This document shows positions 45,954 to 55,480 of a stretch of DNA of 64,000 bases, in pieces. The notes beneath the pieces are model-generated. The model was given only the letters and a program-made list of their open reading frames with translations. It did not search any database and had not been told where the DNA came from. The DNA lies in NCBI GenBank assembly GCA_009694095.1, contig SHVV01000001.1:146-64145 (forward strand), written 5' to 3'. The DNA comes from Alphaproteobacteria bacterium (lineage in GTDB: Bacteria; Pseudomonadota; Alphaproteobacteria; SHVV01). The position numbers and the translations under genes were made by a program. Position 1 is the stretch's first letter. Every line of letters begins with the position of its first letter.

Positions 45954-47138
45954 TTAGCTTCGTGGGCACGCGAGGATTTGTCGCGCTGCTTGTTCTGGAG
46001 AGAAAAGCGTTCGCAGCAAACTAAGACCGTTGCTGCCCATTTGCTGCGTAGCCTGACGATGATTAGCGAGTCTCAGCGCAGCATCGCAAAAAGCGTCGTC
46101 GTCACCTGAAACACAACACAAGCCAACACCGTAGGTCGCGAAGATGTCGACCAAATCGTGGCCGCGATTCAAACGCGCCAAAACAGCCTTGCCGGCGGCG
46201 AGGTAACCGAGAAATTTCGCCGGGATGTTGTGTGTGCGAAGATTGGGATGGAGACTGACAACGCCGACGTTGATTTCGCTGAGAAGGGCAAAGTAGTCGG
46301 GTTCAGGCATCGTCGGCAGCAGACGAACGTTGTCGAGGCGTAACGTTGCAATCTGGCGGCGCAGCAACGGAACATGGTCACCGTCTCCGACAAGCAGAAA
46401 GGCGATATCCCGCCTGTCCTGGAGACGCTGCGCCAACCGGAGGATCGACACGGGTTCTTGCGCAGAACCGATGTTGCCACCAAAGAAAAATACGAAGCGA
46501 TCGCCGAGCTGCAGCCGTTCGCGCCAACCTACTAGCGACTGATGTGTAGCAGGTCGACTCGCGGACCAATTATACAATACTTCAACTTTTCCGCGCCAAG
46601 CGGAGAGAGACGGAATGTCGCCGGGCGACTGAACTCCGATACGGTCAGCAATAAGGTATTGCTTCTTGGCGGCGTAGGTAAAAAAAGCGTAGATCGGACT
46701 CCGGCGCGACAAGACCCCTATCTCGGCCGCCCACTGCGGAAAGATATCACGCAAGACAAGGTACGCGGGGCAGCTCCACAACTGCTTCAAGCGAGCGACA
46801 AGCGGTGAGAAAAAAATGGTCGGCGAGTAGAAAACAATCAGATCGTGCCGCGTTGATTGAAGAAAGAGTTTTGCGTGTCGCCAAATGATTGTTGATAGCA
46901 GTACTTCAATTAGGGCGCGAAGCGGCTTAGTGCGTCCCTTTGTTCGAGGAACAAGCACACGCGCGATCGAGATCGTTGGAGTGTCCTCGATAGAGAACTC
47001 CCGATCAAGCTGTGCGCTTGGCGCGAGAATTGTTACTTGATGACCGCTCGCGTGGATCGCTTCAGCGAGTTCACGAATAAGCTTAGGCGCAGATCGGATC
47101 TCGGGGTAGTAACTGTCGACCAGCAGAAGAACGCGCAT
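45954..47138 (-). CDS. GT4 glycosyltransferase (WbuB-like L-FucNAc-type transferase)
   Basis: 394 aa GT-B; EX7E-like C-terminal half; adjacent to fnlB/fnlC-like genes. Confidence 0.6.
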   Translation of the reverse strand: MRVLLLVDSYYPEIRSAPKLIRELAEAIHASGHQVTILAPSAQLDREFSIEDTPTISIARVLVPRTKGRTKPLRALIEVLLSTIIWRHAKLFLQSTRHDLIVFYSPTIFFSPLVARLKQLWSCPAYLVLRDIFPQWAAEIGVLSRRSPIYAFFTYAAKKQYLIADRIGVQSPGDIPSLSAWRGKVEVLYNWSASRPATHQSLVGWRERLQLGDRFVFFFGGNIGSAQEPVSILRLAQRLQDRRDIAFLLVGDGDHVPLLRRQIATLRLDNVRLLPTMPEPDYFALLSEINVGVVSLHPNLRTHNIPAKFLGYLAAGKAVLARLNRGHDLVDIFATYGVGLCCVSGDDDAFCDAALRLANHRQATQQMGSNGLSLLRTLFSPEQAARQILACPRS

Positions 47139-47143
47139 GGCGC

Positions 47144-48004
47144 TCAGCTACCGCTGAAAACGGTGTTGGCGTAGAGGTTGCGGTGGCACGCGACCCAAGC
47201 GCGACACTCGGTGAGCATTTTGGGATAGTCGGGCACGGCGTAAGCCTGCGGCCGATCGTTGATGAGGCTTTTATCGGTGGCCTTGCCGGCTACCGGTTCC
47301 ACGGCAATGCGTCCCGAGCGAAACACCTGTGACATCAAGGTCAAAAGGTCATACTTGGTGATCGCGCGCGCCGGAACGCACTGGTAGATCCCGGTGACCT
47401 TGACGCGTTCGGCAACGATCGCAGCAATAACGCGCGCCAGTTCTACCGTCGTCAGCCCGGTCCATCGCGCGGCAGTCCACCCCTGACAACGGTCGCGTTG
47501 TTGGAGAAACCAGAGCATGAGGCCGACGCCCAAATTGCTCAGCTCTGGCCCGACGATCGAGGTTCGAATCGTAACGTCGCGAGCATTGCATAGCTCACCA
47601 AGAGCCTTGGATGCACCGTAGATATCATGCGCGTCCGGTACGTCAGTAACGGTGTAGCCGCCGCGGGTGCCGGAGAACACGCAATCGGTACTTAGGTGAA
47701 TAGTGCGGAATTCGAGTTCCTGGCCCCAGGCTGCCAGGGCATGGGGGAGGTAAGCGTTGACAAGGATCGCTTCCGCTCGATTGAGATCGGCGGCAGTGTT
47801 AAGCACACCGACCGCGTTGACCACCCAGTGCGGCCGCGTGCTCACAAGGAGTGAGCGGACGGCATCGATGTTTTGGGCATCGAGCGCCACCAGACCAGGC
47901 GCTGCAGCGCGAGCAGTACCAAGGACCTTGATCCCCGCTTCGGCGAGAGTCGTCGCGATGACGTGACCCGCCATCCCGCGTGCGCCGAGCACGATGACCG
48001 TCAT
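47144..48004 (-). CDS. NAD(P)-dependent reductase, RmlD-like (FnlB/WbjC/Cap5F-like)
   Basis: 'VIVLGARGMAGHV', 'YGASKALGE' YxxxK; start at MTVIV. Confidence 0.65.
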   Translation of the reverse strand: MTVIVLGARGMAGHVIATTLAEAGIKVLGTARAAAPGLVALDAQNIDAVRSLLVSTRPHWVVNAVGVLNTAADLNRAEAILVNAYLPHALAAWGQELEFRTIHLSTDCVFSGTRGGYTVTDVPDAHDIYGASKALGELCNARDVTIRTSIVGPELSNLGVGLMLWFLQQRDRCQGWTAARWTGLTTVELARVIAAIVAERVKVTGIYQCVPARAITKYDLLTLMSQVFRSGRIAVEPVAGKATDKSLINDRPQAYAVPDYPKMLTECRAWVACHRNLYANTVFSGS

Positions 48005-48011
48005 GCGTCGC

Positions 48012-49112
48012 CTAACGGGCCGCTGATCTTGGCAGCGGTTCGCCCAGCATGAAACGGACGACTTTCTCGGAGACGAGATCGTCGTCATACCCTTCGGGCA
48101 TACGCCAAGCTGTCGAGGCCTCGGCCATCGCGCGAACGGCGGCGACGACTCGGTCCGTTTCGAGGCCGCTCACGATGTTGCTGCCGCAGGCGAGGGTTTC
48201 GGGCCGTTCGGTGCTGTCGCGGATCGTCACGGCTGGCACGCGGAAAATGCAGCATTCTTCTTGGACGGTGCCGCTGTCGGTGAGGACGAGGCGAGCGTTC
48301 TGTTCGAGCTTGACGAAATCAAAAAACCCCATCGCGTCGACGCAGCGTATCCGCCCGGGGTCGGGGATGAGCTCGAGTGCATCGAGCTTCTGCCGCGTAC
48401 GGGGATGGACGCTTAGCACGAGCGGTAACGACAGATCTCGACTCGCGGCCTCAAGCGCAGCTACGGTCAAGCGCAGACGGGTTGGATCGTCGACGTTCTC
48501 GCTTCGATGCGCGGTCGCCAGGAGGTACTCGCGCGGCGCCAGCCCGAGCCGAGAGTGGACATCGCTCGCGGCGATGCGTCTAGCATAGTGGTCGAGCACT
48601 TCCTTGATCGGGTTACCACATACGAAGATCCGTTCAGGGCGGATGCCTTCGCTAACTAGATTGTCGCGGCTACCTGGCGTATAGGGCAACGCGAACGAGG
48701 CGATCGCATCGATAACGCGGCGATTGACCTCTTCAGGTACTTTCCAGTCGCGGCAGCGATTGCCCGCTTCCATATGAAAGACCGGGACACCCATGCGTTC
48801 GATTACGAGCGTCGCGAGAGCACTATTGGTGTCACCAAGCAGAAGAACCCGGTCCGGCCTGAAACGACCGAGCTCGCGCTCGACGCCCTGTAGAATTTTG
48901 CCAATCTGGCCGGCAACGGAGTCGGAGCGAGAGTCGAGCACGGCATTGGGCTCGCGCAGCGTTAGCTCGCGGAAGAAAACGTCAGAGAGGTTAGCGGCGA
49001 AATTTTGCCCGGTATGGAGCAGGAAGTGATCCGCTGAATGGTCGAGCCGTGGGATGATGCGCGATAGCCGAATGATCTCTGGCCGGGTGCCGAGAAGGGT
49101 CATGATCCGCAT
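48012..49112 (-). CDS. UDP-N-acetylglucosamine 2-epimerase (non-hydrolysing; FnlC/WbjD/WecB family)
   Basis: 'LLGTRPEIIRL', 'HMEAGNR', 'DSGTVQEE'. Confidence 0.8.
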   Translation of the reverse strand: MRIMTLLGTRPEIIRLSRIIPRLDHSADHFLLHTGQNFAANLSDVFFRELTLREPNAVLDSRSDSVAGQIGKILQGVERELGRFRPDRVLLLGDTNSALATLVIERMGVPVFHMEAGNRCRDWKVPEEVNRRVIDAIASFALPYTPGSRDNLVSEGIRPERIFVCGNPIKEVLDHYARRIAASDVHSRLGLAPREYLLATAHRSENVDDPTRLRLTVAALEAASRDLSLPLVLSVHPRTRQKLDALELIPDPGRIRCVDAMGFFDFVKLEQNARLVLTDSGTVQEECCIFRVPAVTIRDSTERPETLACGSNIVSGLETDRVVAAVRAMAEASTAWRMPEGYDDDLVSEKVVRFMLGEPLPRSAAR

Positions 49113-49165
49113 CGTACTTCGGACCTGTTACTCGAATGGTGTGGCTGGGCGATGGAAACGAGCGC

Positions 49166-50149
49166 TTAACCTTGCGCCACGGGCGAGCGGCGCAGTGCCG
49201 AGCGAACAAGAAAGGCGGCAACCACCAAGCCTGCGCCGAACATCGCACCACCGACTAATGCGGCGATGCCGAACAGTAGCAAATTCGGCAGCGTCGGCGT
49301 GTCGCTCGCCTGTGGCGGATCGACGACACGCGCTGCATAGGGCAGATCGGAACTTAGCGCCATAATCTTGCGCTCCTCGTTCGCCAGGACGTCGATCAGC
49401 GCCATACGCATGTCGGTCATCGTTACCTCGCGCAATCGGCGCTGTAGAAAGGCCATGTTGGCGGCAGTACTTCTCTGATCCTCGGCACGAATCAAAGCCT
49501 CAGCCTCGTAAAACACGTTGGTTAGGAATTCAACGGCGAAAGCGCGGTTCGGATACTCGAACGAGATTCGAGATACGCCGTCTATCTTCTCGAAGACCTT
49601 AATCTGAACCGTGCTTCGGGCGAAAGCCGCAAGCTCGACTACCGTCGGCGGTTGCCATGGCGGTGCGTTGACCTGACGCGCTGTGAACGCCGTTAGTTTT
49701 GAACGCCAGTCTTGCGGCGCCACCCAACGCCGGTTGGTTTCGTCCCAGCTGCCGGAAAACACCTTTTTTAGGTAACCATGGTGCTCGTCGAGCTGCCTAG
49801 CGAGGGCGACAGAACCGATGGTGGCCGTGAGACGATCGAAGAGGCTGGCCTGACGGGTCGAGCGCAAGCCGAACAGCGAGTTCACTTGCGACGATTGTTC
49901 GGCGAATTGTATCGGTGAGCCCGCTGTCGGTATGACCACCATCTGGGCAACATAGCGCGGTGAAAAAACCGAGACGAAATAGGCGACAGCCCCAAACGCT
50001 AGTGCGATGCACAACAAGATGACCCACTTGCCGCGCCACAACGCCCGCACGAGCGAGCCGAGGTCGATGGATGGTGGCGGTTCGACGGTTGCGGCAGAGC
50101 CGGAGCGAGCATCTCTCGGATCCACGCGGAGCTGGCTACCTTCGTTCAT
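49166..50149 (-). CDS. polysaccharide co-polymerase / chain-length determinant (Wzz-like, PCP family)
   Basis: N-terminal and C-terminal TM helices flanking a periplasmic domain. Confidence 0.65.
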   Translation of the reverse strand: MNEGSQLRVDPRDARSGSAATVEPPPSIDLGSLVRALWRGKWVILLCIALAFGAVAYFVSVFSPRYVAQMVVIPTAGSPIQFAEQSSQVNSLFGLRSTRQASLFDRLTATIGSVALARQLDEHHGYLKKVFSGSWDETNRRWVAPQDWRSKLTAFTARQVNAPPWQPPTVVELAAFARSTVQIKVFEKIDGVSRISFEYPNRAFAVEFLTNVFYEAEALIRAEDQRSTAANMAFLQRRLREVTMTDMRMALIDVLANEERKIMALSSDLPYAARVVDPPQASDTPTLPNLLLFGIAALVGGAMFGAGLVVAAFLVRSALRRSPVAQG

Positions 50150-50368
50150 GTGGGACTGCAGAGAAACCTTGGTTAAATTTGAGTATCTGTGACACTAACA
50201 TGAACCCTGAGGATGGCGCGAAGCAGAGGTTCGCGGCGCGCTCCGCGGACCAACGCCGAAGCTTTGGTCGACATCAGTATTCAGCACTTGTTGATGTGGC
50301 GCCCTTCGGCTGTGCGCTGCTACTCATCTGGTCCCACTTAGTCTCGACTGATTGCTTAGCTATCGCTG

Positions 50369-51283
50369 CTACCGTTCCGCTGCAACTGGGATAGTAGCTT
50401 CGAACATGCACGCGAACCCGAATACAGAGATCTTGCCGGAAGGCTCAACTATTCGCTCGACGGTGAGCACCTCAAGTCCTGCCCGTTCGAAAAGTCTCGC
50501 GAGGCTGGTCGGACTGTATAGATGTCGATGCAGGGCACCTAGGATGTTGTCCTCGGGTGGACGAGAATTAATTGTGCGTTTGTCGGGCACTTCGACGTAG
50601 AGGAGCCCGTACCGCGCATTCAGGTATTGCCTGAGTTCCTGAAGCAGGGTTAACGGCTCTTCAAAGTGCTCAAGCACTTTGTTGAGCGTGACGAGGTCAT
50701 AACTCTCCTCTGGCAAAACGCATGGGAACGTCTGAGCGACGACGTCAAAGAGCCGAAGGGATCTCAGGTGGGATACCGCTAGCGGGTCGCTTTCGACTGC
50801 GGCTAGCCGCCAGTGCTCCTTCGCCTCCAGCGTTTCCTGTGCCAACCGTGCCAAGAAAACGCCAAGTCCTGCACCGACGTCGAGGGCGCGAGGGTTCAAA
50901 ACGTTAGCCCCCCAGAAGCGCTGAGCGAACCTGCGCACGCGTCGAACGCGGCCCGCGTTATCCGAATGGGTGGGCGCCATGGCCATGACCTCGGCATAGC
51001 GCTCGGCCAATGAACGGCTGCCGTAGTCTATTTGGTAGTAGGCCTTCGCGAGAGGTGCTAACCGCTGCCGGTCGGCGGGGCGTAGGACGTTTGTTGCGGC
51101 GCCGCAGTCAGGGCATTCGACCCACTCACGCCGATAGCCAACTTCAGGCGTTTTCGCCTGGCGTTCGAAGCGGTCAGGCTTTGTTACCAAAAGAAGTACG
51201 GGGCCCAGGGTCCCCCCACACAAGGAGCAACACGCCTCTGGATCGATAGTGGAAGCACTTCCGTTCACTGCCGTTTCACCCAT
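50369..51283 (-). CDS. class I SAM-dependent methyltransferase with N-terminal Zn-ribbon
   Basis: 'CSLCGG...CPDCG' then 'LDVGAGLGVF' motif I. Confidence 0.65.
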   Translation of the reverse strand: MGETAVNGSASTIDPEACCSLCGGTLGPVLLLVTKPDRFERQAKTPEVGYRREWVECPDCGAATNVLRPADRQRLAPLAKAYYQIDYGSRSLAERYAEVMAMAPTHSDNAGRVRRVRRFAQRFWGANVLNPRALDVGAGLGVFLARLAQETLEAKEHWRLAAVESDPLAVSHLRSLRLFDVVAQTFPCVLPEESYDLVTLNKVLEHFEEPLTLLQELRQYLNARYGLLYVEVPDKRTINSRPPEDNILGALHRHLYSPTSLARLFERAGLEVLTVERIVEPSGKISVFGFACMFEATIPVAAER

Positions 51284-52494
51284 ATGGGCGGCGCGTTGCC
51301 TGCGTATAGGAAATGCACCGGGAAGGTAGGTTCGGTCCCGTCCGCTTCGAGTGAAGCGATCAGCCTGTCTTGTATTGAGAAGTCGCGGGTAGCGAAGGGC
51401 GCGCGAAGCTCTCGCAGCAGAAGGCCATCGTCCACGCGGCGAACCCGGGTGCAGGCGGGATCGTAGGTGATCTCGATCTTGGTGCTCGTGCCAAGGGACA
51501 GGCCGCGGAAGGGCGCGAGAAGTCCTTCAGGTGCAGCCGACGAAGCAAAGAGAGGATTGGTATCCTTCTCGTGTACAGCATCCTTGGCGTTCTTTTCTGC
51601 GATCACGACGAGATTGATGTCGACGTGGGCGCGTATCGGCGTCAGCCCTGCCTTGCGCATCAGCGTGGTCAGCGAGCGTAGCGAGAACGTGTGGCAATGC
51701 ATGATGCCGTGGCTCTGGCGGATGAGCCCTTCCCCTTGCCAGAGATTAGGCACCTCGATCATCACGTGGCCACCCTCGCGCACACGCAGCGCCATGGCTC
51801 GCAATTGCGCGAGCGCGTCGGGGACATGTTCCAATACGTGAGTAGAGAAGGCGAGGTCGAAAGGCCGCTCATTCGCCAACTCAGAACTGGGATCGGTTAC
51901 GTCACGCTCCACGACCGCCAAGCCTAGCTTTCGGCAAGTTTCTGCGCGGCGGGCGCTTGCTTCCTGGCCCATTACGGCAAAGCCGAGGCGGCGAAATAGC
52001 AGTAGCTTGTCGCCGTAGCCACAGCCGACTTCCAGCACACGATTGTGCCCCCGTGCTGGGAACAGATAGCTCCCGCGCTGCTCCGTGATGCCCTCTAGGG
52101 CCGCGCGCAGGTAGCGGAAGTGGCTGTCCTCGCCCTTCACAAAGTCGCGCACTCGGTTGTAGATCGGACCGATGCTAGCGCTGTTCTTAAGCCGCTCGCG
52201 CAGGCGGCGCTTCAGTCCCCAGGTCGTCGAATTTCCTTCGTCCCACCCGCGCGCGTAATAGCTTGCGATCCATGCAGCGCTTGGCATCTTGCGGTGATAG
52301 CGATGCTCGCAGGCTGAGCAGAAGGCAGATTCGATCGAAGTGCGATCACCTGCTCGAACCTCGGCGAGTAGTGTGGACGTCGCCTTTCCGCCACACACCG
52401 GGCAAGCGAGGTTCACGAAATTTCCCTCAACCAGGTACTGCACTTCAGTGCCGGGCCCCGGATGAGCCTCGTGAATACGAACGGTGAGCGTCAC
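51265..52494 (-). CDS. SAM-dependent methyltransferase with N-terminal Zn-ribbon and C-terminal extension (TcaB9/TylC3-like sugar methyltransferase architecture)
   Basis: 'CPVCGG...CSACEH', 'LEVGCGYGD' motif I, 409 aa. Confidence 0.6.
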   Translation of the reverse strand: MTLTVRIHEAHPGPGTEVQYLVEGNFVNLACPVCGGKATSTLLAEVRAGDRTSIESAFCSACEHRYHRKMPSAAWIASYYARGWDEGNSTTWGLKRRLRERLKNSASIGPIYNRVRDFVKGEDSHFRYLRAALEGITEQRGSYLFPARGHNRVLEVGCGYGDKLLLFRRLGFAVMGQEASARRAETCRKLGLAVVERDVTDPSSELANERPFDLAFSTHVLEHVPDALAQLRAMALRVREGGHVMIEVPNLWQGEGLIRQSHGIMHCHTFSLRSLTTLMRKAGLTPIRAHVDINLVVIAEKNAKDAVHEKDTNPLFASSAAPEGLLAPFRGLSLGTSTKIEITYDPACTRVRRVDDGLLLRELRAPFATRDFSIQDRLIASLEADGTEPTFPVHFLYAGNAPPIWVKRQ

Positions 52495-52504
52495 GGCGGA
52501 CCTT

Positions 52505-53374
52505 TCAGGGAGCGGCTAGCAGCGTGATCCGCTGGCGATCGTTGATTTCGGTTAGGAGCCTCTGCTTGAGCGCAGTCGGCACCACGCTGGTACAGTATTG
52601 TGGGTGACGGGGTTGGCGGCTGTTATAAGCGAAAAACACGGTAAAACGATCACTGCTGACGGGAAGGCTACCGCGGTGCCAGATGGCACATGTATCGCCA
52701 AATATGACTGTACCGGCCGGGCCGGCGACTCGGGCCCAACGTTCACGGGGTACGTTCGCTTCCATCTCGTTCTCCTCGACGCGCCGAAAAGGTCTGAAGC
52801 GCTCCGGCATCGCTGAACGGGGGATGTATTCAAAGCCGCCGCCATTTTCGTCAACGTCCTCGACATAGAGGATGATTTTGCAGATACGCCGATCCTCGTC
52901 ATCTCGGTGCCACAGCCTCGTCTCGACGATGCGGCCGTCCGCGAGATCGCGCCGCGCGGTGGCGCCACGATAGGCGCAAGGAAGCCCCAGATATGCCTCA
53001 ACGATGTTCAATAGCGGCTCCTCTAACCCCCATCGCACGATGGTGGGGTGGCGCAAGAGATCGGCCGGGGACTCGTGAATGACGTAAGACTTTGCATCGG
53101 CTGGGGTGGGGTGATGTGGCGGGAGTTCGGCGAAAAGGGTACGTGACTCGGCTAGAAGTTCCCGCCATAGGCCAACGCCCAGGCGCTCCAACGTACTTGC
53201 ACAGGCGCCATCCGTTTCCAGCGTCGTAAGGATTCGCGCGGCCTCACCCGTGGCCGCCGCGCGCCGGGCAGTGAAATACGCGCGGTTCACGTGGTAGCGC
53301 GTATCCGAAACCAAGCGGTTAACGCGGCCAGCGATACGGGGCACGAGTGCGGCTATGCGCACGGGTCGGCCCAT
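52505..53374 (-). CDS. Fe(II)/2-oxoglutarate-dependent oxygenase (PhyH-like)
   Basis: 'WHRDDED' HxD and later 'AIWHRG' His. Confidence 0.55.
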   Translation of the reverse strand: MGRPVRIAALVPRIAGRVNRLVSDTRYHVNRAYFTARRAAATGEAARILTTLETDGACASTLERLGVGLWRELLAESRTLFAELPPHHPTPADAKSYVIHESPADLLRHPTIVRWGLEEPLLNIVEAYLGLPCAYRGATARRDLADGRIVETRLWHRDDEDRRICKIILYVEDVDENGGGFEYIPRSAMPERFRPFRRVEENEMEANVPRERWARVAGPAGTVIFGDTCAIWHRGSLPVSSDRFTVFFAYNSRQPRHPQYCTSVVPTALKQRLLTEINDRQRITLLAAP

Positions 53375-53800
53375 CGTTCTTCACGAGTAAAGCCACCCTT
53401 CCATCGGCCACCGTGTATGCGTAAATCGACGAAATTGATATCGATCACCAGCTTAGCGTGCGGTGCAAATGCGCACTTTATGTCGGCCGAAGAGGGGGAG
53501 GGCGTGCTTTCAGTCGCTGAACCACAGGGTGCGCAGGTTGCCCCGAGGTCGATGTCGCGCGAATGTTCCGCCTCCAACAAAACGCAGCACGCGGTGCTCG
53601 TTTCCTCTCGAATTAGGAAGCCTTCACTCATCAGTTGCTGGGCGCATGGTGTCGCGCTGAGTTTTTGGACTGTCACCGCTCGTCCTTCGGCAATTATGTG
53701 GCATCCCCGATCAAGGGAGCCCCGTGCTCAACGAGAATAAGGCTGACCTTTGATATCGTTGCGGGCAAGGTTATATCGAGGGCGCGGTAGAAAAAAGCGA

Positions 53801-55450
53801 TCACGCCGCCGCTCCGCGGCTTGACGTCGCTGAAGCATCGTCGCGCGCACCGAAGAAGTCGACAAGTTCACGCCGCTCCATCCAGCGGGCGAAGGCAATG
53901 AGATCAGGAGCAGTACCGAACGCTTGCGGTGAGTTCAGCAAAAGCTGTGTATTGCTTGAAAGATGTGGGCTCGCGACTCGGGGAAGATTGTAAGTTACGC
54001 GAAAGGATTGCAGCTTAAACGGCCTCTCGCGAAAAACTGCGAGAGCGTAACGTCGCGCCAATTCGACAGCTCGTGCATCGAGCCGGGGCAGCTCGTGCAG
54101 CCCGCTCAGTATCGCCTGATAAGCACTCCGCGTTGCCGGATCGATCGTGAAACCCAGACCCTCGTACCGCCCTGTGCCGGCGGTGATCACTGGTATTCCG
54201 CAGGCTGCGAGCTCGATTCCCACCGTACCCCGAACAGTAATACCGTAGTCAATCACCGGGAATAGCGCGAACGTGTTGATGGGTGTGTCGGGCAACATCA
54301 GCTTGATATGCGCGGGTAATTTGCCGAGCGCACGTTCCAGCGCCTCCATTTCCAGGAGCCGCATCGGCATGCCATCCATCTTCGCGCGCCAAACGTTGAC
54401 TGGGTGCAGCTTGACGATCCAGTTTATCTGCGGATTTTCGATTGCAGCGCGCACGGTCTCGACCAGCCATTGCTCATAGTCGGCGTAGAGGCTGCGGCCA
54501 TAGAAGAACGTCGCGTCGTAGAAAATGTGCGAAAAAATCACGGCTGTCTTCTTGGTGGGGTCGAGCGCCAGCGCCCGTCGCACTTCGTCAACCCCCACCA
54601 GCAGCTTGCCTTTCTGAAGCTCCACCCGGCTGAAGAAGGCTCCACTATGGTAATGCCCTTCAATCTCTGCTAGCGCCTCGGCATCGTGCGCCGCGCTCCA
54701 CGGCCTCGCCTTCACCCACGCCCAGGTGGCGGGGTCGAGAGCGTAAGTGTGATTGTCGTGAGTTTGCTTTGTGTAACGCTTGAAGACAAGGGACCCTGCA
54801 TCATGCGAGCCGGCCCAGTGCACAGCGTCGATACCGCGCTCTAGGCAGAGGTCGTAGAGTTCGCCGGCGGGTGTGTAGCCCTTCTCGTTGAAGAGGGCGC
54901 AATCTGGCGATAGCGCATCGAGGGCCGCGCGACCGGCGCGAAGCGCCGTCAGAGACTGGACCAGCGCGTCACGGACAAAGGGGCGGTGCGTCGAATTCGG
55001 GTCGAGCGTGCCGACGCGCAGCGTGCGCACGACCGTGGAAGCAATATAGCGTCCTATATGCAAGCCGTCCTTGGTAAGGTCGAGTAAGCTTGCAAAATCG
55101 TGGATACTTTCCATTAAATGCTCGGCCTCGACCTTCGCCTCGATGCGCATCGTGTCCGTAGTGTAGTCGCGTAGATGATGGCATCGCGTGGGACCGAACG
55201 CGCCGTGCGTGGCGCTGAACAAGCGGGAAGGCGCTGTCATCAGCGCGTCCGTTCGCCAGCTATGGAGGCGAAGCATCTTGCCGAGCACCGCTTCCACTTT
55301 GATCCCCGAGTAGGTGGCATGGAGATCAACGAAAAGTGCGCGACGGATGGGAGGGGGCTCGGCCATGCGGCGCAATCTCGACGTTTGCCATCGCCACGCA
55401 AGGAGATCGCAGGCAACCGCGAGCTTGCCTAGATATGCGGTCATCGGCAC
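53801..55450 (-). CDS. capsule polysaccharide biosynthesis protein (KpsS/KpsC-like, PF05159-type)
   Basis: 549 aa; 'WIVKLHPV' HP motif; polysaccharide-locus context. Confidence 0.45.
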   Translation of the reverse strand: MPMTAYLGKLAVACDLLAWRWQTSRLRRMAEPPPIRRALFVDLHATYSGIKVEAVLGKMLRLHSWRTDALMTAPSRLFSATHGAFGPTRCHHLRDYTTDTMRIEAKVEAEHLMESIHDFASLLDLTKDGLHIGRYIASTVVRTLRVGTLDPNSTHRPFVRDALVQSLTALRAGRAALDALSPDCALFNEKGYTPAGELYDLCLERGIDAVHWAGSHDAGSLVFKRYTKQTHDNHTYALDPATWAWVKARPWSAAHDAEALAEIEGHYHSGAFFSRVELQKGKLLVGVDEVRRALALDPTKKTAVIFSHIFYDATFFYGRSLYADYEQWLVETVRAAIENPQINWIVKLHPVNVWRAKMDGMPMRLLEMEALERALGKLPAHIKLMLPDTPINTFALFPVIDYGITVRGTVGIELAACGIPVITAGTGRYEGLGFTIDPATRSAYQAILSGLHELPRLDARAVELARRYALAVFRERPFKLQSFRVTYNLPRVASPHLSSNTQLLLNSPQAFGTAPDLIAFARWMERRELVDFFGARDDASATSSRGAAA

Positions 55451-55480
55451 CGCTAAGGCTTCAGATGCATGCTGATTGAA

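Noticed and set aside
53291-53740. 149-aa ORF in the intergenic region upstream of the oxygenase gene
   Set aside because: Overlaps the oxygenase 5' end on the other strand, no domain or signal, composition unlike neighbours; probably non-coding
53771-53782. ops/JUMPStart-like 'GGCGCGGTAG'
   Set aside because: Has an insertion relative to GGCGGTAG and sits in the wrong orientation/location (downstream of a minus-strand gene end); RfaH-ops systems are not expected in alphaproteobacteria
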